Shown here: positions 27,101-42,100 of the stretch, piece after piece
How positions within the stretch are numbered: position 1 is the first letter of the stretch
How the letters are laid out: the number at the start of each line of letters is the position of its first letter
From: Balanoglossus misakiensis
Taxonomy: Eukaryota; Animalia; Hemichordata
DNA length: 64,000 nucleotides
NCBI GenBank assembly: GCA_040954595.2
Contig: CM082578.2
Location: 9,781,519 to 9,845,518 of the forward strand
Direction: 5' to 3'
The notes under the pieces: generated by a model
What the model was told of the DNA's origin: nothing
Database searches by the model: none
What the model saw: the letters and a program-made list of their open reading frames with translations, nothing else
Position numbers and translations under genes: made by a program

Positions 27101-30100
27101 GGTATCGATATTAATCAGTGTACATGGCCGAGCTGTGTTTCCACGGCATGTATACATGTATGCATGTATACCATGCATGTATACATGGTATACAATGGAT
27201 ACAAACAATACCATTGAGACAAACAAGACTTCAGATCGTGCAAGTTTTCTTTCAGTATGGCTGTTAGACCATAGTCATGTTTCCTCTTCCAGAACAGATC
27301 ACAATTGACACAGACACGGTCGCTCCACAAAGAGAGACCATGGACACAGAATTGGGTGCCCACATTATGGGGGAAGAGCCCTCCTTTTACTTTTGTGCAA
27401 AAAAATATGCAATGATTTCTAGTTTCCCAGACTGCTTTTTTCTCTGGCTACAACAAAAGCTAAGATTTCATGATAAAAACTTGGAAGTCCATGAAAGAAA
27501 AGTGAGCATTTTATAAAGCTAGTCAACATCCTGTCAATAAAAAAACTCGGCAAATAAAAGATACTTTGGCTCTTGTAAATTCAAGAAATTTCTTTGATGA
27601 CTTTAAAAGGTGATACAGTGTCTGTCAGCATGTAAGTTTGGATCTTGCATACAAGGTAACACATTAGCTGAATGGAAAATTTCCACTATTTCATTGACAT
27701 ATACTGGTTGTAGAGGGCGCTTTCTCCATGAAATTCTAGACAGGCAAAACCTGACACGTTGATTTTTGCAACCTGCATCATGTGTAGTTTGGAGCAGATG
27801 GTGAAATATTCATTAATGAAAATCATTTGAAATCTGCTAATGTGAAATTGAAGCTTCTGCCAAACAAGAAAACACTGTGATTTGAACTGAAGGTCATTGT
27901 TTGGCATGTAGGCATAAACATGTGGCATGGTTCGTGGTTGTATTCACTGGCTGAAAATTGTGGCTATTTTTTCAGTATATTTGTTCTGTGTACTAGACAC
28001 TTTCTTTTTCTACTCCCCGCAGCGTGTCAAATTTGCCGGTGTTCTGCTCCTGGACACAGCCATTATATGTTTAACAAGCGGTTGAATTCAAGTCCAGACT
28101 TGAATTCAATTTTCGACAAACAGTACTGATTGTACACATATAGGCTGAGTTGATAAGCTTTAATACTGGGCATTTCATCGCGATGTAGATAGCCAAACAA
28201 GAAACTGCAATAGACACCCAAAACAAACACATATTTTTAGAAATAACCCCAAATTACAGCTTATGGCACTTTAATGTAAAGAATAAATGATTTTGCGCAC
28301 ATGATACCGATTTTTGAAAGTGGTGCCGCTCTGCCAATGCCAAAAACTGAAAAACATGAAACAAAAAGCCAGATAGTCTGACATTTTCATGAAAAATTAC
28401 AACTAAAGCTTGACATGCTACGACATGTTTTAACAATCTTCTCAGTGCAAGTCAGTGAAATCACGAGTCTCACTTCTCATTTTGACAGCCCCCAACTCCA
28501 CTGCACAAGTGGTTTTTGTATCAAAATATGATGAACTCTAATAACAAGAGTACCCACTTCAGTGATCTCAACTATTTTCAGTGTTTGTTCTTGCCACTCT
28601 AATCATCTCATACCCCACCGCCGTGTGTCACTTTTTGTTTGCAAGCAATGCCCGGGCCGATAAAAAAAAGTGAAAGAAAACCACTTGGCTGTGTTTGCTT
28701 CATCACAGACAGGATCTGGGCACGCTGTATACGGCACATGACCAAAAACAAAGGGAGACAGCAGTGATTGTGATCGCGCACCCCATCCATCAATGCCACT
28801 TTCCCTTTTGAGTGACAAAAGATTGATAATACTACACCATCGATCTCAAAACACAGTTGATTTTTACCCCATTATGCTTTGTTGAAAACAAACACTATTA
28901 TCGATGGAGGCTGGTGTCGTTCGGACAGGTAGATACAAGTTTCACCGAGAGAAAGTGGCTGCCTTGTCTCCTTCAATATTAAAGTAACAATTTTTGAGTT
29001 CGGCTGTGATGTCTATCTCTCACTGAAGTGTGACATATTGGAGGCACACACGCGATAGTCATGTGATGTTCGACAAGAATCTCAAGATGATGTTTCTGAC
29101 AGATTGTCTCAGCAACGACTTCATTAAATAGTTGTCAAAGGGCGTGTACTATGGACCCTTAAAACACTTGCACAGTTTACAAACTTTGCCAGAAGAACAA
29201 GAAAGATGAAAAGGAGCAAAAAGTAGGGCGCGCATTGACTGTTGTGCATTTGACATCACACCAACTTTGAGGAGTGTTCTTTGGCAAGACAGAATAAGAG
29301 CTCCAGTAAAACAAAATGGCTGCCAATCAGCCATGTTGGATTGCACCTCCAAGCAAAACTATAGTAAAGCAAAAGTATGCACAGATTCTGTAAGAGACAT
29401 TTATCGTGAAAACCTGACTTTGTGATGTGGTCCACCTTTGAGGAAATTTAAAAATGCAGGACTCACTTTATGAGTGTGAATCTTTGCGTGTGGACTGCCA
29501 GCTTCTCCCTCGCTGATGCATTCCTTGACGAGACTGGGATAGGGCAGGATGTAGTGTAACAGCAGTTCCCATTCTTCCTCCTCTCTCAGTAGAGTGTAAT
29601 CGATCTCAGCCACATCAGGCAGATCTGGATAAATACCTGCAGGGTTGAAAAAAGTGTAGAGGGGTGAAGAGGATGGAGGGAGAAATTTACGTGGATGTGT
29701 CAATCGAATTTGAAAACTGTATCAGATCTTAATTTTGAATATCCAGATTAAAAATAAAAAAGGATTAAAAGGAAGGATGCCTGTCACTGATAAACTGTGA
29801 ATCATAACAAACGATAGGAAATGTCAATAATGCGGGTGTTAAAACAAACCCCCACATCTTCAAAATCTGCCAGGCAAAATTTTCACGCACCTCAGTTTTG
29901 GAAACTTCTAAACATGCAAGGATGAGAATAATGATTTATAGATCCACAAATGCAGTGTATTTTTGGAAAAAAATATTTAACAACATGAAATCATGTGTTA
30001 CGATGATATATTCAACTTTCTTTGAAACAGAAATAATGATGAGCAATATAGCCATAGGTATAGACCACACTGACTGCACACCAGGTTGTCATGGACGCAA

Positions 30101-33100
30101 GAAAAATGCAAGAAAATAACACACAACAAAAAACACCACAGAACCATAATCTGTGTTGAATCGACATGTGAAAGTGTCGAGACGTCCTCGTAATCTTTTA
30201 TGGGCAAACACTTGAGAAGAAGCCAGGGCCTACCTTGCTCAACCGCCTGTCGGTAGTGGGCAAACAAGGTGGACAACCGGGCAAAGTTATAAATAACAAA
30301 TGAACCCCCTTTGTTGTTCGCGCTTGTGCCACCCTGCGACAAGTCCACTTTTACCTGCCAGTGATAAAAATCAGAAAGAGTGAGCGTTAAAAATCAAAAA
30401 GAGATAGAGACTTTTATAGCCAGCGTCATCCAGTTCAAGGAGCAGTGTCTAGATCCAGTCAAATATGACTTTCAAAATTGGGGCACAAAGCCATTGGTAG
30501 AGACAGTCACAGTCTGTTTAAAAAATTCAAAATAAATTCTGCTGCCATTGACTTCTGTGTTTTCAAAAAACCCAAACTATTGAGTTGATCAAAATTACGA
30601 CTCAAAGAAATTATTTGACTACAAAAAGTGTGCTGTACTATTGCCACATAAAAATGCAGTAAAAGCTTATGCATACTTAACCTACATATAAAAGCATTTT
30701 ACGTGTTTGTCTCATAAAAAGAATTTAAAAGTAAGGTTACTGAGGTTAGCCCAGGTTTCTCCAGTTGTCAAAGTTTGCCTGGTCTTTTCTGACTCAAAAT
30801 ATATCATGGTCATGAATATTCATATCATGAATATTAATGTCACACAGAGATATCATACAACATCAGCATATCACATTTCTGTCACATGGTGCCTGACTTG
30901 TCACAGAACTGATTGGAATTATTTTGACCGCATTTGTTTTATTCAGACTTAAAAAACAAACACACGTTTCTTTGTTGCTACATTCAAGTAAAACCTTTTC
31001 ACCCCGTGTCGTTATAAATGGCTCCATAAAATATAACGGGGTTACCACAAAATGGTGGCGATGAAAGGCTTATAACCATGCCTGGCTACAGGTACTACCG
31101 GTATATATGTTTCTTTCCTCTTATTTTACATCATCTGTACAACCCTGTTCTCTGTTGTTGTTTATTTTGCCTCAATAAGACAACAGACAAACTGCACAAG
31201 GCCCTCATTTTTTATGCAAACACTCAGTACCCTCTGTTGCAAGGCTATGTTAGAAACACATAATCACTACCGGTAGTTGTCGCCACCAAAAAAGGGCACT
31301 GAAAATGATCATCAAACTTACACAATGTTATTTTATCTGAGAAAAATAATAATTGAGTAGGAAGTTCATGCTTCTTTCAAAAACTTGCCACAAACTATTG
31401 ACATTGACACTTTAATAACAGAATTAATTATTTTATTGTACCTCAAATGTCAAAACACATGGAGGTTATGAACCGATCGGGAGGGTGTAGATTTACAACA
31501 CACACTCCATGAACAAGATTATTCTGAAGTGTTTTACAATATTGGCAAAAATAACATGACTTTGTTGGCATAAAACAGGCTGTCAGTCATAATAGAGGGA
31601 ACAGTTGGGTGGACGGGAAAAATATATATCGTTTAGTGGGACTTGCAGTCCTGGGGATGTTACAGCCACGGTTTGGATCCCTGTAGGTAGGTAAATTCTA
31701 TTAGTCAAGAATAGCAGAAACTAACCATTTCTGGTAACACCTGTGCATGACATAGAACTACAACTGACTTTGAGAAGTTTTGGGACTGGAAAAAAACTGT
31801 TTGATGATCTGTGACACACTGGGAAAGTTGACTGCAATGCGAAAGCGTTTCTTCACAGCAGGTCGCATGATTGTGGCACGATCAGCTCTCACAACAATAT
31901 CATTTTTTTTTTTCGGGAGGAGAGTGTTCAATGTACGTGAAATTCAACAAGTCTGCCCTGCAGGTTTTACTGCAGATTCATTTTGCCATCTTGATTATAT
32001 CCTTTTTATTGATATGACTGACTAATGATCCATGATTAACATAATTAGAAAGTTACAAACTCTTTGAATACTGTACAAGCGCCCAGGAGTGTCCACTGAA
32101 CGACCCATGTTAAGTCTCTGTAATGTCCGAGTCTGACTAAACTAGTGGCACTTCAAAGATCTAGAAGTATATACTTGGGATGTCTGACTATCAGTCTTCA
32201 CTCAGCACACAATGAAGACCTCTTGCAAATACTCAGCCACTTGAGAGTGTGTTAATGACCAAAATGTCCACACACGTCAAAATAGTATCATACTTTGATG
32301 AGTCAAAAAAACACTATTGATAGACACTCAACAACTCAGGATGCGTCCTAAAGCCGCATGCAGCTTTGTAATTTATGAGCTCCTTGAACATTATTTACTC
32401 ATCTATCATATGCGATATTTGCAAAGAAGCGCACTTCAGATCTCCTGGCCAATTCACAGGCCTACATGTTTTGTTTGTGACAGGCACGATGTCATCGCTG
32501 CGTGGAACTGAGATCATTTGGCTTTGACTATACATGTACTTTGAAATGTCAATCACCCGAACACTGCTAATCAAGATTTTTGACCATCCAAATTTTAATT
32601 CCCACTGACTGTGAACTGTATTTGTGAACAATTATCCACCAAGGATATTACAGGCAAAACTTAGGGTTGAAAATGTGGACTCCTGAAGTGAGCAGAATGG
32701 AGGGATGTGTAAAATGTTGATGTGCTGGTCCAACCATGAAACCTTTATACAAGAAAAGTAATTTGTAATTAATCTGAATGATTCGTCTAGTCACGATGGT
32801 CAAATTTCTTGTCACATCCAATCCTTGCAACTCTGTTACTCCTTGACAGTAAAAACAGCTAGAGCACCACTGTTTGTGGTGAATATGAGTTGACCCACGG
32901 AAACTGTTACAGCCATTCAGTTCCACTGTACGTTTAGACTTTGCTTCTCTCATTTTCATCTAGGGGTACACCTAGATGATAATCGCCCTATCCCCCAAAC
33001 GCACATACATCACGGCCATACAACTGGCATAACTCCACCTCAGACAAATTAATTAACGGTGCAAATGACAAGTTGTTGGGTTTTTTTCACACCAATAGCG

Positions 33101-36100
33101 GCCCAACTGATAAGAATGATCAACAACAGGTGTCAACGCTTGGCAGGGTTGTATTTATAAGGAAAGCACCAAACCCAGAAACAGTGTGGGACTTGATGTA
33201 CACTCATGAATGGGATAATCACTGTATGTTGGACATGATCATCAGCACAGCTCAAAATTGTAGCAAGTCCACAGATTGTTGATTTTAACCACATTAGTGA
33301 TTACTGATGTTGCAGTATCTTGGAAATGAGGACAAACACCACAACTATCCTGAATATTTGTTTTATTTCAAATCTCTCAAGCTAAATTATGTGCAATGTT
33401 CTGGTACTTGCTAAACACAAACCACTTTAGTTACTGTCCAGTAACAAGAAAACTAAAGTCGTGCACATCGGTCTTGCACATTAAGACAAACTTTAATTTT
33501 ATCAATCTTCTGAAAGACAAGTTATATATTTATAAGTCCAAACAGGTACTTTGCAAAAGTCAAAAAAGCGTTTCTCTTTGAGACTTACAGGATTCCTGGC
33601 CGTTGTGCTGAGAAGTTCAAACTTGATGGCGGCCACAGTCATGGCAGAGATTGTGTCCTCCCATCCTTCACCTGAAAAGTAAATAAAAACAAAAACAAGT
33701 CACGCCAGACTCTACACAACAACCAACATGTAGTGATGTAGATACCTTTTGGAGGCTCAGTTGAGAAAAATCTTACAAATAGCAAGCAGAGAAAAACAGT
33801 ATTCTCTCAATGAGGATTTGTGATGATTGACAGTAAAACAGGGCCAGGAGTTTTAATAACCCGAGCTCTACAAGAATTCCCCATGCCCTATCTAGCGTAC
33901 ATCACTGATAGCCCCAGTTGCAAAAGAATGTACAAGAACACAACTGTATCAGTTACTTAGCCCTTTTTTTATTTTGCAATTATCATAAAATTTGTGAGAT
34001 TGTGACCTGTTTATTCACTCTTAGACTTTAATCTTAATGTGGTATTGAGTTGAAAATATCATAAAATCAGAGTAGAATAAAACCTGGGACGTAGCTGACA
34101 TGTCACCACAAGAAATTTCCACGAAGCGTCACAACCTCAACAGCGTGGGGTATTGTTTTAAATCCTGCTGAACAACGTTACTATGGCAATATCAAGGGAA
34201 ACTGTTTGCAATGCAGTAAAAAAACTGAAACACATGATGCAACCAACAGGGCTTTAAATGAATATAAATGAGAGAACTCGGTACGCAATCAAGAACAGAA
34301 ATTTTGACGATGAGTAATGTGTTCAATCCGATACAGTGCACTAACCCTCTCACCATCCCAGTTTTGGTCTGACCCCATTGTGTTCAAGGGTCTGGTTGGA
34401 CCCAAATACAGGGACAGGGGGGGGGGGGGGGACTCGAGTTTCCGCCAAACACAATAGCCCTTTCTGCTGCGTAACAATTGTTATTTTTCTCTCTCTGTTT
34501 GATGCCCCGATAACACAGGTACTCTTAAACTGATTTGGGATTTAAAAATAATAGACCTGGCCTTGGGTGTCTGGCAATTATTAAAGCGATTCCCGAATCC
34601 TCAGCTGAGATTAATCACTGATCTGAGGTGTGAGAATCTGCAAGAGATTGCGTGAAACATATTCAGATAGTGCCGTGATGCAACAGAGTGGTCACTGCGA
34701 TCCTTGGTGGATAGTCGAGATTCACGCTAATGGTGCCAGTATTAACAGGTGACCTTTGAACCCAGATAAACGGGCAAGAATGTTGTACCCTACACCTTGT
34801 ACACACTGTGCTTGAAACAGTTTACAACTGTTCAGAGGATGGAAAATTGACCCACTTTATAGCGTGTAAGTGGGACTGCTACACAAAACTAGGTTACCCT
34901 GCTTGTAACACAAAAATTGAAATTCATGGATGTATTCGTATCACAACTCTTGTGGTTGCTGGTCGCATCACACTCATCTTTGACTCTTGTGATGGGGCCA
35001 ACATCCATAATTATGGTGATACAACCAAATGGACAGGTGGCATAGAATGATCAAACCTCATTTAAGTAACCAATCATCCATAAGCACTTGGGATGGTTGC
35101 TTTTAGCTTTGCTAGACGTTATGACTTCATGCGTGATTTCCTTGGAAGGGTCGGGCTATCCTGTTTTCAACATTCATTGGGGGGGGGGGGGTCCTACAAT
35201 GATGTTTGTTCGTGTAGAAAACGCAAATCCACCCCTCCCCTGGCCTTGAAACTGACCTGTCCCTTGCACCCACACAAACAAGCGATACACAACGAGGAAT
35301 TTGCACTGCAACTCTCACCACTAAAAACAGTTCACAAATGAGACTGTACACAACTGCTGATGACCTGTGGCAACACCGCCTAGCTGATAGTGCCATGACA
35401 ATGTCATGACATTTGTGACCCAGCGTGACCTGGGGTGACAGTGTTAACATGTCATCTCCATGGCGACCTGATATAACCACAGGGGCACCCTGCCATTCAA
35501 TCAAAAACAACGAAAAACAGCTCGGCCAGAGAGTGGCACTTCAGAGTACATCAGTTGAAGTTCCCAAATCATCACACTGTGATGTAGAAATTCTGCAGCT
35601 GCAGTGAGAGAGATGGCCGATGTGTTACCTCCGTTTCTGACACAGGAATTCAGAGATTAGAGAGGTCAAAAGTACAGACACCACAAAAAAAATGACGACT
35701 CATCATACTAATGGCATTACTAACAGTGATTATGACAAGACACAGTAGATATCAATCCACATAACCCCCCCCCCCCCCCCCCAAACACTATCAGGGATAA
35801 TAATAGCAACAATAAGGATTGATTACTTCAAGTCAAAAATCTAACTCAGCTGATGTAACCATGACTGAACAGTATTAATTACTGCTGGCATCTATCTTAA
35901 ATCACAGTTAAATGCTACAGCAGCAAGAAAAGATTGTGCTTAAGACCAGCTCATAGTTCAGAGTTTATAACTGACTTTTCAACTCAGACCTGCCAAAATG
36001 CTAAATGTTCTGTGTCATAGGTCTTTAAGCCATAAATGACAACCAACCTATGCAAATCTGCCACTTTTGATTTGCATGAAATTTCAGACCAACACAGACA

Positions 36101-39100
36101 ACATACATTGTACCTGAAACGGCATTTCCATACTTCATCACCCACGCTTCTCTCATCTGTGTCCGTCTGAGACGCAAGAAGTCGTCGGCATCCATCAAGG
36201 GGGTGACTGTATCCGTCTTCCTGGCAGTCACAGGCCCACACACACAGTGTGTCTGGCTGACACCTTTCTCATCGTCTCCATACAGCGTCTGCCATACGAC
36301 GTCCACTTGTTGCTGAACGAACGACTTCTCATAATTGACAACGTGAAGAACATGCAACTTCTGTGGGAGACAAAAAAGACGCAAAATTAATGCAAAAGTT
36401 TTTAGAATCCACCCGAGACACACTCCAGGGGGGGGGGGGCTATCCGACACAGTTAACATAAATATAAAAAAACGTAAGGTAACTTTATATTGAATTTCTT
36501 GTTTATAAATACACATGTATACAGTAATAATTCCATTCACGAACAACAATCCAAGGCAATTTGTCATTGGCTTTTATCAGTCGATATCAATTTCTATCAC
36601 ATTGTTCAGTTTGACAGATTTGATTCACTGCTGAATGTTTTTTTCATTCTTAGAGCACTGTATAAACCTGAACAAACATCAAAGTTCATTTTTTTCAGAA
36701 CTGAATTATCGCACCCAAACACGCTTTGTCCTTTGGCAATATTTCATCACATGCTGACCTCCTCAAAATGGAGCAGGTACAGCACTTCAGTTCTGGGGGA
36801 AACTTGGTGAGGTTTGTGTGATTGTTCTCAAAAGAGTAAAGAGAACACATCTTTCCTGACAGATCATAGCTGTACAGTGTATGGAAGACCCTTTACGAAT
36901 TCAGAGGCAAAGTACATGTAGTTTCCATTTCATTGCATCTTAAAAGTGATCAGAGAGCATAGTGTAGTGCAGAACAAAAACCAACGTACATATACTTACT
37001 TCTGTACTTTTCCTGCATGTGTCCGCAATGTGTTTTTGAAGTCGTGCACAATTTTCCAATGTCTTTGTTGCAGTTCCATCACTGTTCAAAACTGAATAAT
37101 ACAAAAAAGAGCGAAAAAATCCCACATTACATAAATCACTTGTACACACAGTTCTTGGCTGTAATATAAATCAAAACATAAACACTGACCAGCTTGACAA
37201 AAGCTAACAAAGTTCGCCGACAGCCGACTCACTTATAAATATTGTCTGGTGATAGGACCACTCACAGTTCTTCTCCTGTTTGTGGATATCATGACCATAT
37301 ATCCTAAGTTGAAAACCCCCAAACACCATGCATACCGTAACCCATGATATGCATGTCATATAAAAAAATTGAAGTGTTAGAATGAACTTAAACCTCGCTT
37401 TATGCGACTTCCTTGGATTGAGAAGTGGCTGCTATCACATTTGTATAGTTCTGTTGCCATGGTATCAGTGACCGGATTGATTATGATTACTTGATTGATT
37501 AATTGATTGATTGATAACAGGATTTGTACCACTGTAGTCAAAACTAAATCCATTCTGCAGAGATCCTGAAAATAACATCCTTCTCTTTCATGTAGTTAAA
37601 AGGACTAGTTTACGAAACAAGACATAAGAACACAAAAACTAAATTTGGTATTCTTGGACAAATGTATGAGACATGTTTATACAAGTATTTTACTGCCACA
37701 TACAGAGATAGCCATCGCAGACAAATAACCCAACATAAAGTGTGACGACCTCAGATTTGGGACTAATTGACATAACACACGTAAAGTTTGAGGAGGATTA
37801 AAATGTGGTACACTTGATGTTGGTTTCCAGTCTACTGGTTTTTTTAATTGGCTGGTATACCGGCATTCTACATGGGTCTGCAGGCTTCAGACATTCCATT
37901 CATCATTGCAAAAAATGTCCCTTGCTCATACTCATAGCCATGCTGTGATTTCTAAAACAACAAAAACATAAACAACAACAACAGAAATATTCTAGTTCTA
38001 TGTTATTACTGAAGACATTTATGATGGGCCAGCATTAACATTTCTTTTGCTTTTAACCATAAGTCACCCTGAGGTTTAAAAAAATGCACATGTTACTCCC
38101 AATCACATTGGTGACATTTATGGATAGTTGTGACGAGAAACTGTGGAGATCAAATTACTCTACGGCTGCAGTGGCAAGGAATCTCATTCATTGAAACTTG
38201 CCTATCTGTCACCACACACTTTCTCTATAGATATGGGTTCAACCATGCCATTGAAAACAATTACATTGTCTGACTTTTGTCTTTGTGGGTTCAAATCTTA
38301 TTATTCAGTCCTGAAAACTCTGTTGCTACTATCGCTGTATCTAGACCACATCAAAAACTCACTGAAGTTGTAAACAACAGTTAATGATCACACAATCCAC
38401 TGCAAAAAAAATCTTTTGGTTTCCAGGCACAAAACTCATGTCTGTTCACATTCAGGAAATATTTAGATTATCTAAGTAGGTTACTAACTGTGATTATTTC
38501 CCACAACTTAAATCTCCTCAACTGACCTGCTCGGGTTTATTTTTTTGCCTGGAGTTATTTGTGTAAAAGACTCCTCGTTATGATTACCATTAGCAATATT
38601 TATTTATTCATTTGAGTGTAAAACACTCAAATGAATAAATAATTGATTATCAATCTTAGTTGCTATTGTCTACTGGGGAGTTTTATCATAACAAATTTGA
38701 ATCTTAATTCTCATTGTTATAAATAAACCTAGCATGATTAAGGCAACGTCCAGGCATATCAACCTTAATAGTTACCTAACGTACGCAATGTTCTAAAACT
38801 GATGTGGTCTTATTGATTAGAAAACTCTAGAAGTTGCCATCACTTCTGGTATCATAGCTCGCATTACTAGTTTTTTTTCACTTTTGGACCAGTGGCAACA
38901 AACATTTTTTTTCTCCACGCCAATGATTTCTTGAATCCTCACTCGTTTCTATCTGACCTGTGATAATCAGACTCCTGGTGCATGTACATATATGGCCCTG
39001 TAGATAACTCAACTGAATGATGAATCATGTATGTATGTATGACCTATGCTTACCAAACATCAAATCATATGTGGCAGATTCCAATCTTATCTATTATATA

Positions 39101-42100
39101 AACCGTCTCCGATAACTCTGGGGGTTTTGTTTCAATGTTCTATTGTCAGAATAACAAACAATTAACCATAGCTTTAACAGCATTTCAACAAGTCTTGTAG
39201 ATTGGATTCCGTGTCCCACCATGTGTATAAAATACTTACCTTGCACATTTTGAATATTTTGGTCGTATCCATTTTTGCCAATGTTCTTGCTGGAATCACA
39301 GAGAAACTGTCGTATCTGAAGGAAGATATCTCCTCTCATGTCCGTTCTCTTTGCATCATTGCTTTCCTCCTCCTCCTCCTCCTCATTATTAGCATCATCA
39401 TTTCCAGTGGTACGAGGCAAGCGTTTGCTAACACCGCTAGCACAATGATCACAATGCATGTACTTCGACTTCTTCACCTTTTCAACTGCATCACTTTGCA
39501 CCTCATTTAAATCACTCTCATCGAGGAACTTCTCTCTGTCACAGTCGACTCCGAAATCTTTAAGCGTGGATTCAATCTGCTCGACCGGAATGTTCGACTT
39601 GAATATTGTCTTGAAACTGTGTGGGTAGAAAGAAAAGAGAAATTTTAGCACCATGCAAGCCCGCAGTGCAAATCATTGTGATTTCTATTGACAGGAAAAA
39701 TAATAACTCTCTGAGGTCTATGAAAAAAGTATCATTGATTCCTTCACTTTTCAATTGGAGATAGTAATTATACTTTCTGAAAGTGCAGTCAAAAAGTTCC
39801 AAGCCCATACAAGTTGTAAGACTCAAACTGTTTGAGAACAAATAATTTAACTATTAATGAGAGTTATTTTAGACCCTTTCAATGTCATCAGTTAAAATAA
39901 CTTTTTAAAATGTTTTTATTTGCAAAGCAACATCATTTGTGTTTGCTCTAGGAGTGCATAATCAGTTTTGTTACAACACATCACAATGTGTTTTGTTCAG
40001 GTCACTCAATGGATCAAAGTCTACATGTAGCTTTAAGCTAAGCTGCTTGGGATAAAAGATAGTTGACTGTGATTATAAACAACCTGAAATGCATAACCCT
40101 TTCTTTTATCTGATCGATGCTTGATGGGGTAACAACACAGCCAACATGCATGGGGGGGGGGGGGGGGGGGGGTGGAATCACACATACACATGACATGCAC
40201 ACAAACAGAAGGTATGTTGCCCATACAGCTATGATCAGACACGACACATTTCCAAATACAGAGTACGCACGCGGTAGTAGTTGTTCAGGATGAACACAAA
40301 GTACGAAGTATTTTTTTAGTTAAATTTTCAACACAAATGTGACAGTGGGATATCTCTGATCCTCAAGTGTGAAATAGATTAGCGTTTGTCCAGGGGGACA
40401 GTTAGCTGATCCAAAGTCCATATATAGTCTTCAATATCCTTTGTCTTGTTACTCAATGAGTGATTGTAATAATACTCGTATTGATCTAACATCAAACATT
40501 CATTTCTGGTCTTCACTACTGGTTAGCAAGGGGGGGGGGGGGGGGCTGAATTTTCTCAGATCTAATCAGCCTTTATCTATCCAATGCATGCAAATTTTAA
40601 GGATGTTTTTGCATTTTCACAACATTCTAATTTTGTTGTTTTTGCTGCTGACACACCTGGTTTTTTGATTAATGTAAACCTACAAAATGATGAAATATAT
40701 ATCACATTATGCTACAAAGACATTATAAAAGATTGTTTTTAAATGTGAAATGTAGAGTAGAAAATCTTCAACAAGAAACAGTGACTAAACAGAAGAAAAA
40801 TACCAAAGAAATAATCACACACAAAAATTAGTTACCAGTAACAGCAACGTGAACTTTTTGGGCATTTTAGCAGGTCAAGGGTCAACCCCCCCCCCCCCCC
40901 CCCAGTAGTTCCATCCCCAACATTCTACATATTTGTATACACTTCAACATGTGTCTGTCTGGCCAGTAAACCATCCATATTCTACACACGCCACATTCCA
41001 ATGTGTACAAGCTGTTGACAGTGTCAAGGCTCATCTTTTGTACAACCTGATCACATTTTATCGATGACAACAATTCAGAGATTGGGATCAGTTGTTACCC
41101 ATTCTGGAAACACAGGAATTGCTGACCTACTACGTACACTATGCTTGTTTGTGTACAGAGACACTCTGTTGTTCTAAGACTAGGCTATGTGTCTAGCTTC
41201 AGTCAAACAAATATCACCGAGATGATACGCTTTTAAGCCTTTACACAATAATCCTCAATCATTTACTCCTGAAAACTAAGAAAGATCTCTCCACCAAAAT
41301 TATCAAATTAGCCACCTTTATAATAAATATCTACAGTTACAATTTTTCCATTTGCACTCCATAAAATGTGGTTATTATTGTTTTTTGCTGGTGATGTTTT
41401 TATAGTATAAGCAAAGAACAGAGTTGTATTGGGCAACAAGTTTGAAGCCATTAACTGACCATTATGCATGCAAGCAATGTTTCTTAGTTTTGAAATCTGA
41501 TACCCAGTTGTGAAAACGGCACTGGGTAAAAGCAAATGGCAGTTGACTTTTGAACTACGGCAAAACTGCCCCAGTTTTAATGCAAGCGGCATCATCACAG
41601 GGTTAAAGGTTGACGCACTCACGGCCTTTATGGTTTCAATGGAGGAGTTTACTAGGTATCAAATTTTCATATCTTTGTGTAAAAAGTAAGAAACTGCAGC
41701 TGCTGGGACTTTTGCCTTACAAAACATAAAAGGGGCTGTCAAGAATTTTAAGTTTAAAACACAAATTTTGCATACCCAATTTCACTTTTCGGATAATAGG
41801 AAGTATGGAGACTTTAAATAGTGTTCCATTTTAGTGTCAGAAATCATGTTTATCTGCCAAAATTTAACACATCACTATAACAGTATAGGTGGTGTACGTA
41901 CTATATCGTATAAGTATAAAGTGCAACGTTATTGATGACACTTGTTTTTTTAGTCTGGACTAAATTTAATTGTCATCAACAACGTATGTATATGTGTAAA
42001 GTGCAAGGTTATTGATGACATGTATGAATTTTTAATCCAGATTAAATTCAATTGTCAACAATATTATTGCTGGTTATACGTATATAGACTATAACAACAT

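Noticed and set aside
35650-35706. Possible box C/D snoRNA (minus-strand ATGATGA...CTGA) in DALRD3 intron 5
   Set aside because: Short, no convincing terminal stem, no recognisable rRNA or snRNA complement.
37860-37951. Candidate extra DALRD3 exon after an acceptor-like site
   Set aside because: Stop codon in the required phase; exon 3 splices in frame to 37091 without it.
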